Numbered from the stretch's first letter, positions 11,097 through 21,041 are shown. The stretch is 64,000 bases of DNA from an uncultured Pseudomonadota bacterium (GCA_963847705.1 CAWKBC010000027.1:32001-96000); one strand, 5' to 3'. Made by a program: numbers and translations. Notes: generated from the sequence alone by a model not told the origin.

Positions 11097-11227
11097 CGAA
11101 GGGAGCTCCGCCCAAGGATATGGCATCGCCTGGGGGGGATCTTCACTGAGAACGCGCCAAAATTCGCTGGATTGCGGGACCGTCGGCCGGGCCGCCGAAG
11201 CGCAGCGGCAGCCCGGTCAGCGGACCA

Positions 11228-12292
11228 TCAGTTGCCTTTGGGCGCCAGCAGCAGACCCCAGGGAAGCCCGCCGACCTTGATCCGCTTTTCGACCACGCCG
11301 GTGGCCGCGTCGACGACGGAGATGTCGTTGGAAGGGCCGTTGGCAGTGAAGAGCTTCTTGCCGTCGGGGCTGACGGCGATCCCCCAGGGACGGGCACCGA
11401 CGCCGTCGATGAGACGGGTGACCTTGCGGGTGGCGACATCGATGACGGCGACCGCCTCGCCGCGCCCCATCGTCACGTAGAGTGTCTTGCCGTCGGGCGC
11501 CAACGCCAGCCCCATGGGCCGCGGGCCGAGGACGGTCTTGGCCACCGGCTCGATCTTGATGTGGTCGGTGGCGGCGTTCTTGGCCACGTCGATGACCGTC
11601 ACCTCGCGGCCGTTCTCGCAGCTGGAGAAGGCCGTCTTGCCGTCGGGAGTGAAGATGATCCCGCGCGGGCGCGGGCCGGTGGGGATCTGGGCCAGCACCT
11701 TCAGCTTGTGGGTGTCGACGGCGGTGATCTCGTTGTCGGACTCGGAGGTGACGTAGACCGCCTTGCCGTCGGGGCGGACGGTGACCCCCTCCGGCTCGTG
11801 GCCGACCGGGACCTTGTGCTTGACCTTCCCCGAGGCGAGGTCGAGCACGCTCATCTCGGCGGTCTCCTCGTTCGAGACGTAGAGCGTCTTGCCGTCGCGC
11901 GACAGATCGAACGACTCCGGATCCTGGCCGCTCTCCAGCGTGCGGAGGAGCTTGTGGCTGGCGAGATCGACGACGCCGACCCCGTCGGCGGTGCGATCGC
12001 CGGGCGGCAGCTTCGATTCATCGACGCCGGGCCCCCCGCGCGGCGATCCGGAGAGCGCGACGTAGAGCAGCTTGCCTTCGCGCGACAGCTTGATCCCGCG
12101 CGGGCGCTTGCCGACGGGGATGCGGGCGGCGACCTCCCCCTTGTCGACGTCGACCACGATGATCTCGCCGCTCTCTTCGCCGCTGACGTAGACCTCGGTG
12201 GCGGCCCGGGCGCCACCGGCGTGGCCCAGCGGTGCGACCAGGGACACGGCGATGAGTGCCAGCAGACCCGGGGTGCGCAAGGGGTACGACAT
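11228..12292 (-). CDS. YVTN beta-propeller repeat protein (PQQ-dependent catabolism-associated type)
   Basis: Signal peptide; repeated P.G....DGK.LYV blades; divergent from pqqA. Confidence 0.8.
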   Translation of the reverse strand: MSYPLRTPGLLALIAVSLVAPLGHAGGARAATEVYVSGEESGEIIVVDVDKGEVAARIPVGKRPRGIKLSREGKLLYVALSGSPRGGPGVDESKLPPGDRTADGVGVVDLASHKLLRTLESGQDPESFDLSRDGKTLYVSNEETAEMSVLDLASGKVKHKVPVGHEPEGVTVRPDGKAVYVTSESDNEITAVDTHKLKVLAQIPTGPRPRGIIFTPDGKTAFSSCENGREVTVIDVAKNAATDHIKIEPVAKTVLGPRPMGLALAPDGKTLYVTMGRGEAVAVIDVATRKVTRLIDGVGARPWGIAVSPDGKKLFTANGPSNDISVVDAATGVVEKRIKVGGLPWGLLLAPKGN

Positions 12293-12385
12293 GCCGCATG
12301 GATACAGCAGGTCTCGCTTGGCGGCGACAGGTTTTGGCCTTCGGACTTACGACGAACGTCGGATTTGCGGCCCCCCATCGTACCC

Positions 12386-12413
12386 TTGACTCGCCCGGCT
12401 ATCGGCGCAGAAT
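12386..12413 (+). promoter_or_regulatory. Putative sigma70 promoter of the pqq operon (likely leaderless pqqA)
   Basis: TTGACT-N16-CAGAAT ending 7 nt before the ATG at 12421. Confidence 0.55.
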
Positions 12414-12420
12414 AACGGCC

Positions 12421-12597
12421 ATGAAGTGGGAAACCCCGGCCTTCGTGGAGATCAACATGAGCGCCGAAATCGGCGGGTACGGCAGCGACTTCACCGACCG
12501 CGACCCCTGGGGCCCGGTGGCGACCGGCAAGCCCGCAGGCGCGACCAAGCCCGCTGGCAAGACCGAGCGCGACGCGACCGACACCGTTCGGCGCTAA
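12421..12597 (+). CDS. pqqA: PQQ precursor peptide PqqA, 58 aa with long C-terminal tail
   Basis: MKWETPAFVEINMSAEIGGY: W..P and ExxxY core; directly upstream of pqqB. Confidence 0.9.
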   Translation: MKWETPAFVEINMSAEIGGYGSDFTDRDPWGPVATGKPAGATKPAGKTERDATDTVRR

Positions 12598-12650
12598 CGG
12601 TCCGACCAAGTCACAGCCGACCAATTCGATCAAATCCACCGGAGGGTCGA

Positions 12651-13559
12651 ATGCAAGTCCGCGTCCTCGGTTCCGCGGCCGGTGGCGGTGTGCCGCAGTG
12701 GAACTGCGGCTGTGAGAACTGCCGAGACGCGCGGCGCGGGACGGGTGTCGTGCGGCCCCGGACGCAGGAGACGGTCGCGGTCAGCGCCGACGGCGCCTCC
12801 TGGTTCCTGCTGAACGTCTCCCCGGAGATTCGCGCGCAGATCGAGAGCTTCCCGCCGCTCACGCCGCGCGCACCGCGCCACTCGCCGATCGCGGGGCTGA
12901 TCCTGACGAACGGCGACCTCGACCATTGCCTGGGCCTCCTGTCGCTGCGGGAGTCTCACCCGCTGACCGTCTATGCGACGGCGAGCGTGCGGGCCGGATT
13001 CACCGGGGGCAACGTGCTCTACCGGACCCTGGAGCGGTTCGAGGGGCAGGTGACCTGGCGCGCGCTCGACGTCGATCCGGGGCGGGCGCAGCCGCTCGGC
13101 GATTCGGGGCTGACGGTCACGGCGATCGCCACGCCCGGGAAGCTGCCCCTGCACCTGGAGGCGACCTGCACCCACTCGGCCGGGGACAACATCGGGCTCG
13201 TCATTCACGACACGCGCACGGGCGGGCGGCTGGCGTATTTCTCGGGGGTGGCCGGTCCGGCCCCGGCGATCTCGCGTGCTCTCGGCGACGCGGACGTGCT
13301 GTTCTTCGACGGGACGTTCTGGTCGAGCGACGAGCTGATCGCGGCGGGGCTCGGCACGCGACGCGCGGAGGAGATGGCGCACTGGCCAGTGGGGGGCGCC
13401 GAGGGGAGCGCGGCGTTTTTGGCTGGGCACCGGGGGCGGAAGCTCCTGATTCACGTCAACAACACCAATCCAATCTTGCGCGAGACCAGCGCGGAGCGAC
13501 GGGCGCTCGACGCCGCGGGGATCGAGGTCGCCGTCGACGGTCTGGAGCTGTCGCTGTGA
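12651..13559 (+). CDS. pqqB: PQQ biosynthesis protein PqqB
   Basis: VLGSAAGGGVPQWNCGCENC, PRTQ, FDGTFW, HVNNTNP. Confidence 0.95.
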   Translation: MQVRVLGSAAGGGVPQWNCGCENCRDARRGTGVVRPRTQETVAVSADGASWFLLNVSPEIRAQIESFPPLTPRAPRHSPIAGLILTNGDLDHCLGLLSLRESHPLTVYATASVRAGFTGGNVLYRTLERFEGQVTWRALDVDPGRAQPLGDSGLTVTAIATPGKLPLHLEATCTHSAGDNIGLVIHDTRTGGRLAYFSGVAGPAPAISRALGDADVLFFDGTFWSSDELIAAGLGTRRAEEMAHWPVGGAEGSAAFLAGHRGRKLLIHVNNTNPILRETSAERRALDAAGIEVAVDGLELSL

Positions 13560-14287
13560 GCGCGGGCGACCCGCAGACCTTGCCGTCGTCTGAACTGCTG
13601 ACGCCCGACGAGCTGGTGGCGCGGCTGCGCGCCGAAGGGGTCCGCCGCTACCACGACCAGCATCCGTTCCATCAGCGGATGCACGCGGGGAAGCTCTCCC
13701 GCGCGGAGCTCCAGACCTGGACCCTGAACCGCTACTACTATCAGACGCGGATCCCGATCAAGGACGCGATCATCGTCTCCAAGTCGGAGGATCCGGCCTT
13801 CCGGCGGGCCTGGATCCGGCGCATTCACGATCACGACGGCGAGGCGCCCGACACCGGGGGCCTGGCGCAGTGGCTGCGGCTGGCCGAGGCGGTCGGGCTC
13901 GCGCGCGACGAGGTGGCCAGTTGCCGGCGCGTGCTGCCGGGGGTGCGCTTCGCCTGCGATTCCTACGTCGCGCTCTGCCGTGACAGCCCGCTGGTGGTGG
14001 CGGTCGCCTCGTCATTGACCGAGATGTTCGCGCCCGATCTGATGGCGAAGCGGATCGCGGCCTGGGAAGAGCACTACCCCTGGGTCGGCGCCGAGGCGCT
14101 CGGCTACTTCCGCGGGCGCGTGCCGCGCGCGCGCCGCGACGGCGAAGAGGGGCTGGCCTTCGTGGTGGCCAACGCCCGCTCGCGTGCGCTGCAGGAGGCC
14201 TGCGTGGCGGCGCTGGTGCGCAAGACCGAGATCCTCTGGCACCTGGTCGACTGCGTCGAGGCGGCGAGCGTGCGGAGCCCGGCATGA
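13556..14287 (+). CDS. pqqC: PQQ synthase PqqC
   Basis: RYHDQHPFH, NRYYYQTRIPIKDA, RIHDHDG, SSLTEMFAP; GTGA overlap with pqqB. Confidence 0.95.
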   Translation: MSAGDPQTLPSSELLTPDELVARLRAEGVRRYHDQHPFHQRMHAGKLSRAELQTWTLNRYYYQTRIPIKDAIIVSKSEDPAFRRAWIRRIHDHDGEAPDTGGLAQWLRLAEAVGLARDEVASCRRVLPGVRFACDSYVALCRDSPLVVAVASSLTEMFAPDLMAKRIAAWEEHYPWVGAEALGYFRGRVPRARRDGEEGLAFVVANARSRALQEACVAALVRKTEILWHLVDCVEAASVRSPA

Positions 14288-14574
14288 TCGGCCCCGACTC
14301 CCGGGTCAGCCTGGCGCGCCAGGCGCGGCTCAAGCTCGATCCGCGCACCGGCCGGCAGATGCTGCTTTATCCCGAGAAGGGGCTCGACCTGAACGACACC
14401 GCGGCCCGGGTCGCGGCGCTCTGCCGCGAGGAGCGGGCGGTCCGGGACATCGTCGAGCGGATGGTCGCGGCGGCCATCGACAGCCCGATCGCGCGCAGGC
14501 AGATCGAGGACGAGGTGCTGGCCTTCCTGCGGGCGCTCGAGGACCGCGGCCTGCTGATGGTGCGCAACCCGTGA
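14284..14574 (+). CDS. pqqD: Peptide chaperone PqqD
   Basis: LLYPEKGLDLNDTA motif, 96 aa, between pqqC and pqqE. Confidence 0.9.
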   Translation: MIGPDSRVSLARQARLKLDPRTGRQMLLYPEKGLDLNDTAARVAALCREERAVRDIVERMVAAAIDSPIARRQIEDEVLAFLRALEDRGLLMVRNP

Positions 14575-15677
14575 CGGCCGACCAGGTCCCGCGCCCGTAC
14601 ACGCTGATCGCCGAGCTGACCTACCGCTGTCCGCTCTCCTGCGCCTATTGCTCGAACCCGCTGGAGCTCGCCCGCCACGATGCGGAGCTGACGACGGAAG
14701 ATTGGGCGCGCGTCTTCGCCGAGGCCGCCGCGCTCGGCGTCCTGCAGGTCAACCTGACCGGCGGCGAGCCGCTGGTCCGCGGGGATCTCGAGGCCCTGGT
14801 GGCTGCGGCGCGGAGGAGCGACCTCTACATCAACCTCATCACCAGCGGCATCCCGGCCAACCCCGAGCGCCTGGCGCGCCTTGCCGCCGCCGGGCTCGAC
14901 AGTCTCCAGCTCTCCGTGCAGGACAGCGATCCGCACGGCGCCGCCTGGATCGCCGGGCGCGACGACCTTCCGGCCAAGATGAGGACGGCGGCGGCGACGC
15001 GGGCCCTGGGGCTGCCGCTCACGCTCAACGTCGTCCTCCACCGCGGCAACATCGCGCGCGTCGGCGAGTTCGTGGCGCTGGCCGAGCGCCTCGACGCCGC
15101 CCGCCTCGAGCTGGCCAACACGCAGTACCTCGGCTGGGCGCTGGCCAACCGCGAGGCGCTGCTGCCGTCGCGCGCGGCCGTCGACGAGGCGCGCGCCGTC
15201 GCGCTGGCCGCGCGCGACCGTTTGCGTGGCAAGATGGAGATCCTCTTCGTGCGCCCCGACTACCACGCCGATCGCCCGCGCGCCTGCATGGACGGCTGGG
15301 CCCGCCGTTACATCGTCGTCACGCCTGACGGGATTGCGCTCCCTTGCCACCAGGCGCTGGAGATCGCCGCGCTGTCATCGTCCTGGGAGAACGTCCGCGC
15401 CCGCGGGCTGGCCGACATCTGGACCGATGGCCCCGGCTTCCGCGCCTTTCGCGGCGAGGCCTGGATGCCCGAGCCCTGCCGGACCTGCGACGAGCGGACG
15501 GTCGACTTCGGCGGCTGCCGCTGTCAGGCCTTCGCGCTCCTCGGCGACGCGGCCGCCACGGACCCTGCCTGCGCGCTGGCCCCGCGGCATGACCTGGTGA
15601 TCGAGGCGCGCGCCCACGCCGCGGACGCGCCCGCCGAATCGCCGCTCCGGCTGCGCCGCCTGCGTCAGGTTTCATGA
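14571..15677 (+). CDS. pqqE: Radical SAM protein PqqE
   Basis: AELTYRCPLSCAYCSNP; SPASM cysteines (CMDGW, PCH, CRTC...GGCRCQA). Confidence 0.95.
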   Translation: MTADQVPRPYTLIAELTYRCPLSCAYCSNPLELARHDAELTTEDWARVFAEAAALGVLQVNLTGGEPLVRGDLEALVAAARRSDLYINLITSGIPANPERLARLAAAGLDSLQLSVQDSDPHGAAWIAGRDDLPAKMRTAAATRALGLPLTLNVVLHRGNIARVGEFVALAERLDAARLELANTQYLGWALANREALLPSRAAVDEARAVALAARDRLRGKMEILFVRPDYHADRPRACMDGWARRYIVVTPDGIALPCHQALEIAALSSSWENVRARGLADIWTDGPGFRAFRGEAWMPEPCRTCDERTVDFGGCRCQAFALLGDAAATDPACALAPRHDLVIEARAHAADAPAESPLRLRRLRQVS

Positions 15678-16654
15678 AGACCGCCGCGATCGAAGTCACC
15701 GATCTCAAGAAGCGCTACGCGGAGGTCGAAGCGGTGCGCGGCATCGGCTTTTCTGTGATGGCCGGGGAGATCTTCGGGTTCCTGGGTCCCAACGGCGCGG
15801 GCAAGACGACGACCATCAAGATCCTCTGCACCCTCTTGCAGGCGACCTCGGGGACGGCACGGCTGGCCGGGCTCGACGTGGCGACCTCTCCCGCAGAGGT
15901 CCGTCGCCGGATCGGCGTCATCTTCCAGGACCCGGCGCTCGACGATCGGCTGACCGCCGACGAGAACCTGATGCTGCACGCGGTGGCCTACCGCGTCCCG
16001 CGGGCCGATCGCCGCGGCCGCATCGACGAGGCGCTGCAGTTCGTCGACCTGTTCGAGCGCCGCAAGGATCTGACCCGCACCTTCTCGGGCGGCATGAAGC
16101 GCCGGCTGGAGATCGCGCGCGGCCTGGTCCACCGCCCCGACATCCTGTTCCTCGACGAGCCGACCACCGGCCTCGATCCGCAGACCCGCGCGCGAACCTG
16201 GGAGGTGCTGCGCGGCCTGCGGGAGAAATACGGCACGACATTGTTCCTCACCACGCACTACATGGACGAGGCCGAGAACTGCGATCGGATCGCCATCGTC
16301 GACCACGGCCTGATCGTCGCGCTCGACACGCCGGCCGCGCTCAAGCAGCGGGTCGGCAAGGATCAGATCGCGGCGCGAACCGCCGATCCCGCCGGGCTGG
16401 CCCGGCTGCTCCTGGAGAAACATGGCCTGGCCAGCACCCCGGCGGACGGCGGCCTGACGTTCCTGGTCCCCGAGGGGGACGCCTTCATCGTGAAGCTGCT
16501 GACCGCCTCCGATCGCCCACCGCTGGAAGGGATCAGCGTGCGCCGCCCGACGCTGGACGACGTGTTCCTCTCGCTGACCGGGCGCCAGATCCGCGCCGAG
16601 GGGGCCGAGGGGAACGCGGCCAAGCTGCGCGCCCTGGTGCGGAGGCGGGGATGA
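15674..16654 (+). CDS. ABC transporter ATP-binding protein (DrrA-like)
   Basis: GPNGAGKTT, FSGGMKRR, LFLDEPT; ATGA overlap with pqqE. Confidence 0.9.
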   Translation: MKTAAIEVTDLKKRYAEVEAVRGIGFSVMAGEIFGFLGPNGAGKTTTIKILCTLLQATSGTARLAGLDVATSPAEVRRRIGVIFQDPALDDRLTADENLMLHAVAYRVPRADRRGRIDEALQFVDLFERRKDLTRTFSGGMKRRLEIARGLVHRPDILFLDEPTTGLDPQTRARTWEVLRGLREKYGTTLFLTTHYMDEAENCDRIAIVDHGLIVALDTPAALKQRVGKDQIAARTADPAGLARLLLEKHGLASTPADGGLTFLVPEGDAFIVKLLTASDRPPLEGISVRRPTLDDVFLSLTGRQIRAEGAEGNAAKLRALVRRRG

Positions 16655-16667
16655 TCCGGAGGCGCGG

Positions 16668-17417
16668 ATGATCGAGGTCGTCTACGCGCTCTGGCGCCGC
16701 GACATGATCAAGTTCGTGCGCGATCGGCGGCAGCTCGTCACCAGCCTGACGCGTCCGTTCCTCTGGCTGCTGGCCTTCGGGTTCGGCCTGCGCGCCTCGG
16801 TCCGCTTGCCGACGGGCGGGACCGACTACGTGTCGTTCCTGGTGCCCGGGCTGGCGGCCATGACGGTCCTCTTCGCCAGCATGTTCGCCGCCATCTCGAT
16901 CGTCTGGGAGCGGGAGTTCGGTTTTCTCAAGGAGCTCCTGGTGGCGCCGGTTCCGCGCGGCGCCATCGTGGCCGCCAAGATCCTGGCCGGCAGCGCCACC
17001 GCGCTCATCGAGGTGACGCTCATGTTGCTGCTGTCGCCGCTGGTGGGGGCGCGGTTCAGCCCGCTCGGCGCGCTGGCCTCGTTGCCGCTGCTGGCGATCT
17101 TCGGGATGACGGTCAACGCGCTGGGGATCGTGGTGGCGGCGCGCATGAAGTCCTTCGAGGGGTTCGGCTCGGTGGTGAACTTCGTCATCCAGCCGGTGTT
17201 CTTTCTCTCGGGCGCCCTCTACCCGATCGTCGGGCTTCCCCGCGGCCTCCGCGCAGTGGTCTTCATCAATCCGATGTCCTACCTGGTCGACGCCGTGCGC
17301 GGGCTCCTCATCGGGCATCACAGCTTTGCGCTGCTGGTCGACGTCGCGGTGATCCTCGCGTCGGCCGTGGTCTTCGCGGCCCTGGCCACCCGCTCGTTCC
17401 GCCGGATGGAAGCCTAG
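16668..17417 (+). CDS. ABC-2 type permease
   Basis: About six TM segments; EREFGFLKELLVAP, FLSGALYP, NPMSY. Confidence 0.9.
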   Translation: MIEVVYALWRRDMIKFVRDRRQLVTSLTRPFLWLLAFGFGLRASVRLPTGGTDYVSFLVPGLAAMTVLFASMFAAISIVWEREFGFLKELLVAPVPRGAIVAAKILAGSATALIEVTLMLLLSPLVGARFSPLGALASLPLLAIFGMTVNALGIVVAARMKSFEGFGSVVNFVIQPVFFLSGALYPIVGLPRGLRAVVFINPMSYLVDAVRGLLIGHHSFALLVDVAVILASAVVFAALATRSFRRMEA

Positions 17418-17439
17418 GCGAGCGTGCTAGGCTAGACCG

Positions 17440-18249
17440 ATGGCGCCCGAGGCCAAAGTCACCGCGGCGACGTTGCGCGCGCGCAAGGGGACCGGCGAGC
17501 GCGTCGCGGTCCTCACCGCCTACGATGTGGTGTTCGCGCGCCTGGCGGACGGGGCCGGCATCGACGTCGTGCTGGTGGGCGACAGCCTGGGGATGGTCGT
17601 CCAGGGGGAGCGCTCCACGCTCGGCGTGACGCTCGACGAGATGGTCTATCACAGCCGCATCGTCGCCCGCGGCATCAGCCGCGCGCACCTCGTCGCCGAC
17701 ATGCCATTCATGAGCTACCAGGCGTCGGTCGAGGACGGCATGCGATCGGCGGGGCGCCTCATGAAAGAGGGGCGCGCCGAGGCGGTGAAGCTGGAAGGGG
17801 GCCTGGAGGTCGCGGAGCTCTGTCGCCGGTTGGTGCGCGCCGGGATCCCGGTGATGGGACACGTGGGGCTGACGCCACAATCGATTCACCAGCTCGGCGG
17901 CTTCAAGGTGCAGGGGCGCACCGACGCGCAGCGCGCGAAGATCATCGAAGACGCGTGCGCCCTCAGTGACGCCGGCGCCTACGCCATCGTGCTGGAGGCG
18001 GTCCCACACCCCCTGGCCGGGGAGATCACGCGCGCGGTCTCGGCGCTGACCATCGGCATCGGCGCTGGCGCCGACTGCGACGGGCAGGTGATGGTGATGC
18101 ACGATCTGCTGGGGCTGCAGCCGAGCTGGAAGCCGCGCTTCGTCCGCCGCTACGCCGAGATGGGCAAGGGCGCCGGGGAGGCGTTCGCCGCCTATGCCGC
18201 CGACGTCCGCGCCGGTACGTTCCCGGCGGCCGAAGAGACCTACGAGTAA
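17440..18249 (+). CDS. panB: 3-methyl-2-oxobutanoate hydroxymethyltransferase
   Basis: LTAYD, LVGDSLGM, ADMPF, VKLEGG, HVGLTPQS, GIGAG. Confidence 0.95.
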   Translation: MAPEAKVTAATLRARKGTGERVAVLTAYDVVFARLADGAGIDVVLVGDSLGMVVQGERSTLGVTLDEMVYHSRIVARGISRAHLVADMPFMSYQASVEDGMRSAGRLMKEGRAEAVKLEGGLEVAELCRRLVRAGIPVMGHVGLTPQSIHQLGGFKVQGRTDAQRAKIIEDACALSDAGAYAIVLEAVPHPLAGEITRAVSALTIGIGAGADCDGQVMVMHDLLGLQPSWKPRFVRRYAEMGKGAGEAFAAYAADVRAGTFPAAEETYE

Positions 18250-18262
18250 GTTCGGCCGCGTC

Positions 18263-19120
18263 TTGTCTCCTTCCGCCAAAGCACCGCAGGTCATTCGCAC
18301 CTCGGCCGAGATGACGGCTTGGTCGCGCGCCGCCCGTTCGCGCGGCGAACGAATCGCCTTCGTGCCGACGATGGGCGCACTGCACGCCGGCCACGTCGCG
18401 TTGCTCGAGGAGGGGCGCCGCCGCGGGGACAAGCTGGTGCTGTCGATCTTCGTGAACCCGACGCAGTTCGGTCCCAACGAGGATCTCGCCCGCTACCCGC
18501 GCGATCTCCCGGGCGATCTCGCCAAAGCGGCCGGCGCGGGGACCGACGTCGCCTTCGTCCCCGAGGCGCCTGAGATCTACCCGGCAGGTTTTCAGACGAC
18601 GATCGAGGTCCGCGAGCTCGCCCGCGGCCTCGACGGCGCCTTCCGGCCCGGCCACTTCGCCGGCGTGGCCACGGTGGTGGCCAAGCTGTTCAACATCGTC
18701 CAGCCGGATGTGGCCGTCTTCGGCCAGAAGGACTTCCAGCAGCTCGCCATCGTCCGGCGCCTGGTGGCCGATCTGGCGATGGGGATCGAGATCGTCGGCC
18801 TGCCGACCGTGCGCGAGCCCGACGGCCTGGCCATGTCCTCGCGCAACGCCTATCTCTCGGCGGCCGAGCGAATCCGCGCGCTGTCGATCTCGCGCGCGCT
18901 CTTCGCCGCCCGCGATCGCGCGGCGGCCGGCGAACGGGACGCGCGGGCGCTGGTCGATGCCGCCCGCGCCGCGCTGGACGTCGATCGCGTCGACTATCTG
19001 GAGCTCTGCGACGCTGCGACCTTGCTCACTCTCGTACAAATCGATCGACCTGCCGTCCTGCTGGTCGCCGCCTTCGTCGGCCGCACGCGCCTCATCGACA
19101 ACATCCAGATCGGTGCGTAG
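18263..19120 (+). CDS. panC: Pantoate--beta-alanine ligase
   Basis: VPTMGALHAGH, SIFVNPTQF, RPGHF, FGQKDFQQ, GLAMSSRN, RLIDN. Start approximate. Confidence 0.95.
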   Translation: MSPSAKAPQVIRTSAEMTAWSRAARSRGERIAFVPTMGALHAGHVALLEEGRRRGDKLVLSIFVNPTQFGPNEDLARYPRDLPGDLAKAAGAGTDVAFVPEAPEIYPAGFQTTIEVRELARGLDGAFRPGHFAGVATVVAKLFNIVQPDVAVFGQKDFQQLAIVRRLVADLAMGIEIVGLPTVREPDGLAMSSRNAYLSAAERIRALSISRALFAARDRAAAGERDARALVDAARAALDVDRVDYLELCDAATLLTLVQIDRPAVLLVAAFVGRTRLIDNIQIGA

Positions 19121-19129
19121 GTTTTCCGC

Positions 19130-19486
19130 ATGAGCGAGATCAAGACCCACGCCGGTGGTTGTCACTGCGGGCGGGTGCGCTACGAGGTCGACCTCGACCT
19201 CTCGAAGCCCGTGATCGCCTGCAACTGCTCGATGTGCGGGAAGGCGGGGACGTGGCTGACGTTCGTCCCGGCGGAGCGCTTCCGGCTGCTCTCGGGCGAG
19301 GCGGTGCTCCGCGAGTACAAGTTCAATCACCTGGTCATCCAGCACCTCTTCTGCGGCAACTGCGGGATCAAGTCCTTCGCCCGCGGCAAGGGGCGCGACG
19401 GCGGCGACCAGATCGCCATCAACGCCCGCTGCCTCGACGACGTGGATCTCGAACAGCTCAACGTCCAGAAGTTCGACGGGAAGTAG
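19130..19486 (+). CDS. GFA (Mss4-like) family protein
   Basis: GGCHCG...CNCSMC...FCGNCG zinc motif. Confidence 0.9.
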   Translation: MSEIKTHAGGCHCGRVRYEVDLDLSKPVIACNCSMCGKAGTWLTFVPAERFRLLSGEAVLREYKFNHLVIQHLFCGNCGIKSFARGKGRDGGDQIAINARCLDDVDLEQLNVQKFDGK

Positions 19487-19661
19487 CGCTAGTTGGAGGC
19501 GGGCTCTGGGCGAGCTTCTCCGAGAGGCTGCAGTCTTGATCGGCGTCTTCGGAAGTCTCGACTCCATTCTCAGGGGGAATCGTTTCGCATCGACGATCGC
19601 CTCGCGAAATCGAAGAAGCGCCGCTGACGCGCCCGCGCTGGCGTAGGTCCGCGCAGACCCG

Positions 19662-20321
19662 CTAGTCGAGGCGCGCGATGTGCCCCAGCTTCTCGGGGAG
19701 ATCCATCCGATAGAACTGGCGCAGCTCCGTCAGCAGCGCGTCTGTTCGTTCGGGCCGGACAAACCGGCGCTCCAGCGTGCCGGCGTAGCGGTTGGCCCCG
19801 CTGTTGGCGGCGCGGTAGCGGGCCCGCTCTTCCTCGTCGAGATCGTCGGCCAGGCTCACATCGCCGTAGAGGCGACGGCGGAGGCCCGGCGTCGGCCCCG
19901 ACACCAGCAGGCAGCAGGCGAACTTGTCGACCTCCGCTTGCAGCTCCAGCTCCAGCTGGGAGACGCCGCGATCGTCGGCCGCCCGCAGCGCGACGTAGAT
20001 GAAGTGGCTCACCCCTTCGACGGCCAGGCAGAAGTCGCTGAAGTTCCGTTCGTCGATCCCGATCGCCGTCGGATCGTGTCGCTCGAGGTTGGCCACTGCG
20101 GCCGCGTCGACGAAGAGGCCGAGCCCCAGCTCGCCGCCATCCTGCTGGACCAGCAGCTGCTCGCGCGGCGCGCGTTCCAGGCCGGCTGCGGCGCGGGCGG
20201 CTTCGTCGATCATGAAGGCGTCGATCGCCAGGTGGGTCTCGACGCGATAGAGCGCCTCCAGGCCGAGCTGCAGGCGCGCCAGCACCGAGAGCCGGGCTGC
20301 CCGCGCCGGCGTCGGTCTCAC
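19662..20321 (-). CDS. Hypothetical protein
   Basis: Host-like codon usage; motif-like EGVSHF and LELELQAEVDKF; coupled to the upstream gene by a 4-nt overlap. Confidence 0.7.
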   Translation of the reverse strand: MRPTPARAARLSVLARLQLGLEALYRVETHLAIDAFMIDEAARAAAGLERAPREQLLVQQDGGELGLGLFVDAAAVANLERHDPTAIGIDERNFSDFCLAVEGVSHFIYVALRAADDRGVSQLELELQAEVDKFACCLLVSGPTPGLRRRLYGDVSLADDLDEEERARYRAANSGANRYAGTLERRFVRPERTDALLTELRQFYRMDLPEKLGHIARLD

Positions 20322-20887
20322 TGCGGGCGGTCGCCTCCGCGGCCGATCACCACCCCCAGCGCCGCCAGCCGCGCCGCCGCCGACTGGCTCTTGGTCTGCC
20401 GCCAGAGGCGATAGAGCCGCACCACGTCCTGATTGCTGGCTGGAACCGCCATCCGCCGGCTGACCAGCGCCAGCGCGCCGACGAAGCGGACGAAGTTCGC
20501 CGCCAGCTCGCTGAACACGTCGCTGAACGGATCGCCGGTCCAGCCGGTGCCCCCGCGGGCCAGCTCCCCGTACGCGGAGCCGCCCATCCCGATGTAGTAG
20601 TCGACGTCGACCGGGCCGCCCACCAGGTGCTCGCTCCAGAACCCCGACAGGTAGAGCGAGGTGTCGCCGATGTCGCGAAGCTGACGCCGCCGCTCCAGCA
20701 GGGGGGCCTCGTTCGCCGCCGCCATGCGCAGCGCCAGCGGCGTCTCCTCGATCCGCTGGGCGGCGTAGCTCGCCAGCAGCTGAACGATGTAATGCTCGAC
20801 CAGGGTCCCGGGGGACAGCCCCTCATCCCGGAACGCGCGGTCGACCTCCTCGTGAAAGAACCCTTCGACGTTGCGCGCGAGGTCCAT
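20318..20887 (-). CDS. Hypothetical protein
   Basis: LRDIGDTSLYLSGF...VDVDYYIGMGGSAY; divergent from groES. Confidence 0.7.
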   Translation of the reverse strand: MDLARNVEGFFHEEVDRAFRDEGLSPGTLVEHYIVQLLASYAAQRIEETPLALRMAAANEAPLLERRRQLRDIGDTSLYLSGFWSEHLVGGPVDVDYYIGMGGSAYGELARGGTGWTGDPFSDVFSELAANFVRFVGALALVSRRMAVPASNQDVVRLYRLWRQTKSQSAAARLAALGVVIGRGGDRPQ

Positions 20888-21041
20888 AGATCAGCTATGC
20901 GGTCGGCGGATCAAAAAGTCAACGAATTCACGAATGATTCCAAATACATGGCGGTATGTTTCGTTGGCAGACGGAGATCCCGGATGCCAGACGGTCGAGC
21001 CAACCCGTTGACTCGGAAGGGTTTGGGACTAAAGTCCCGCG

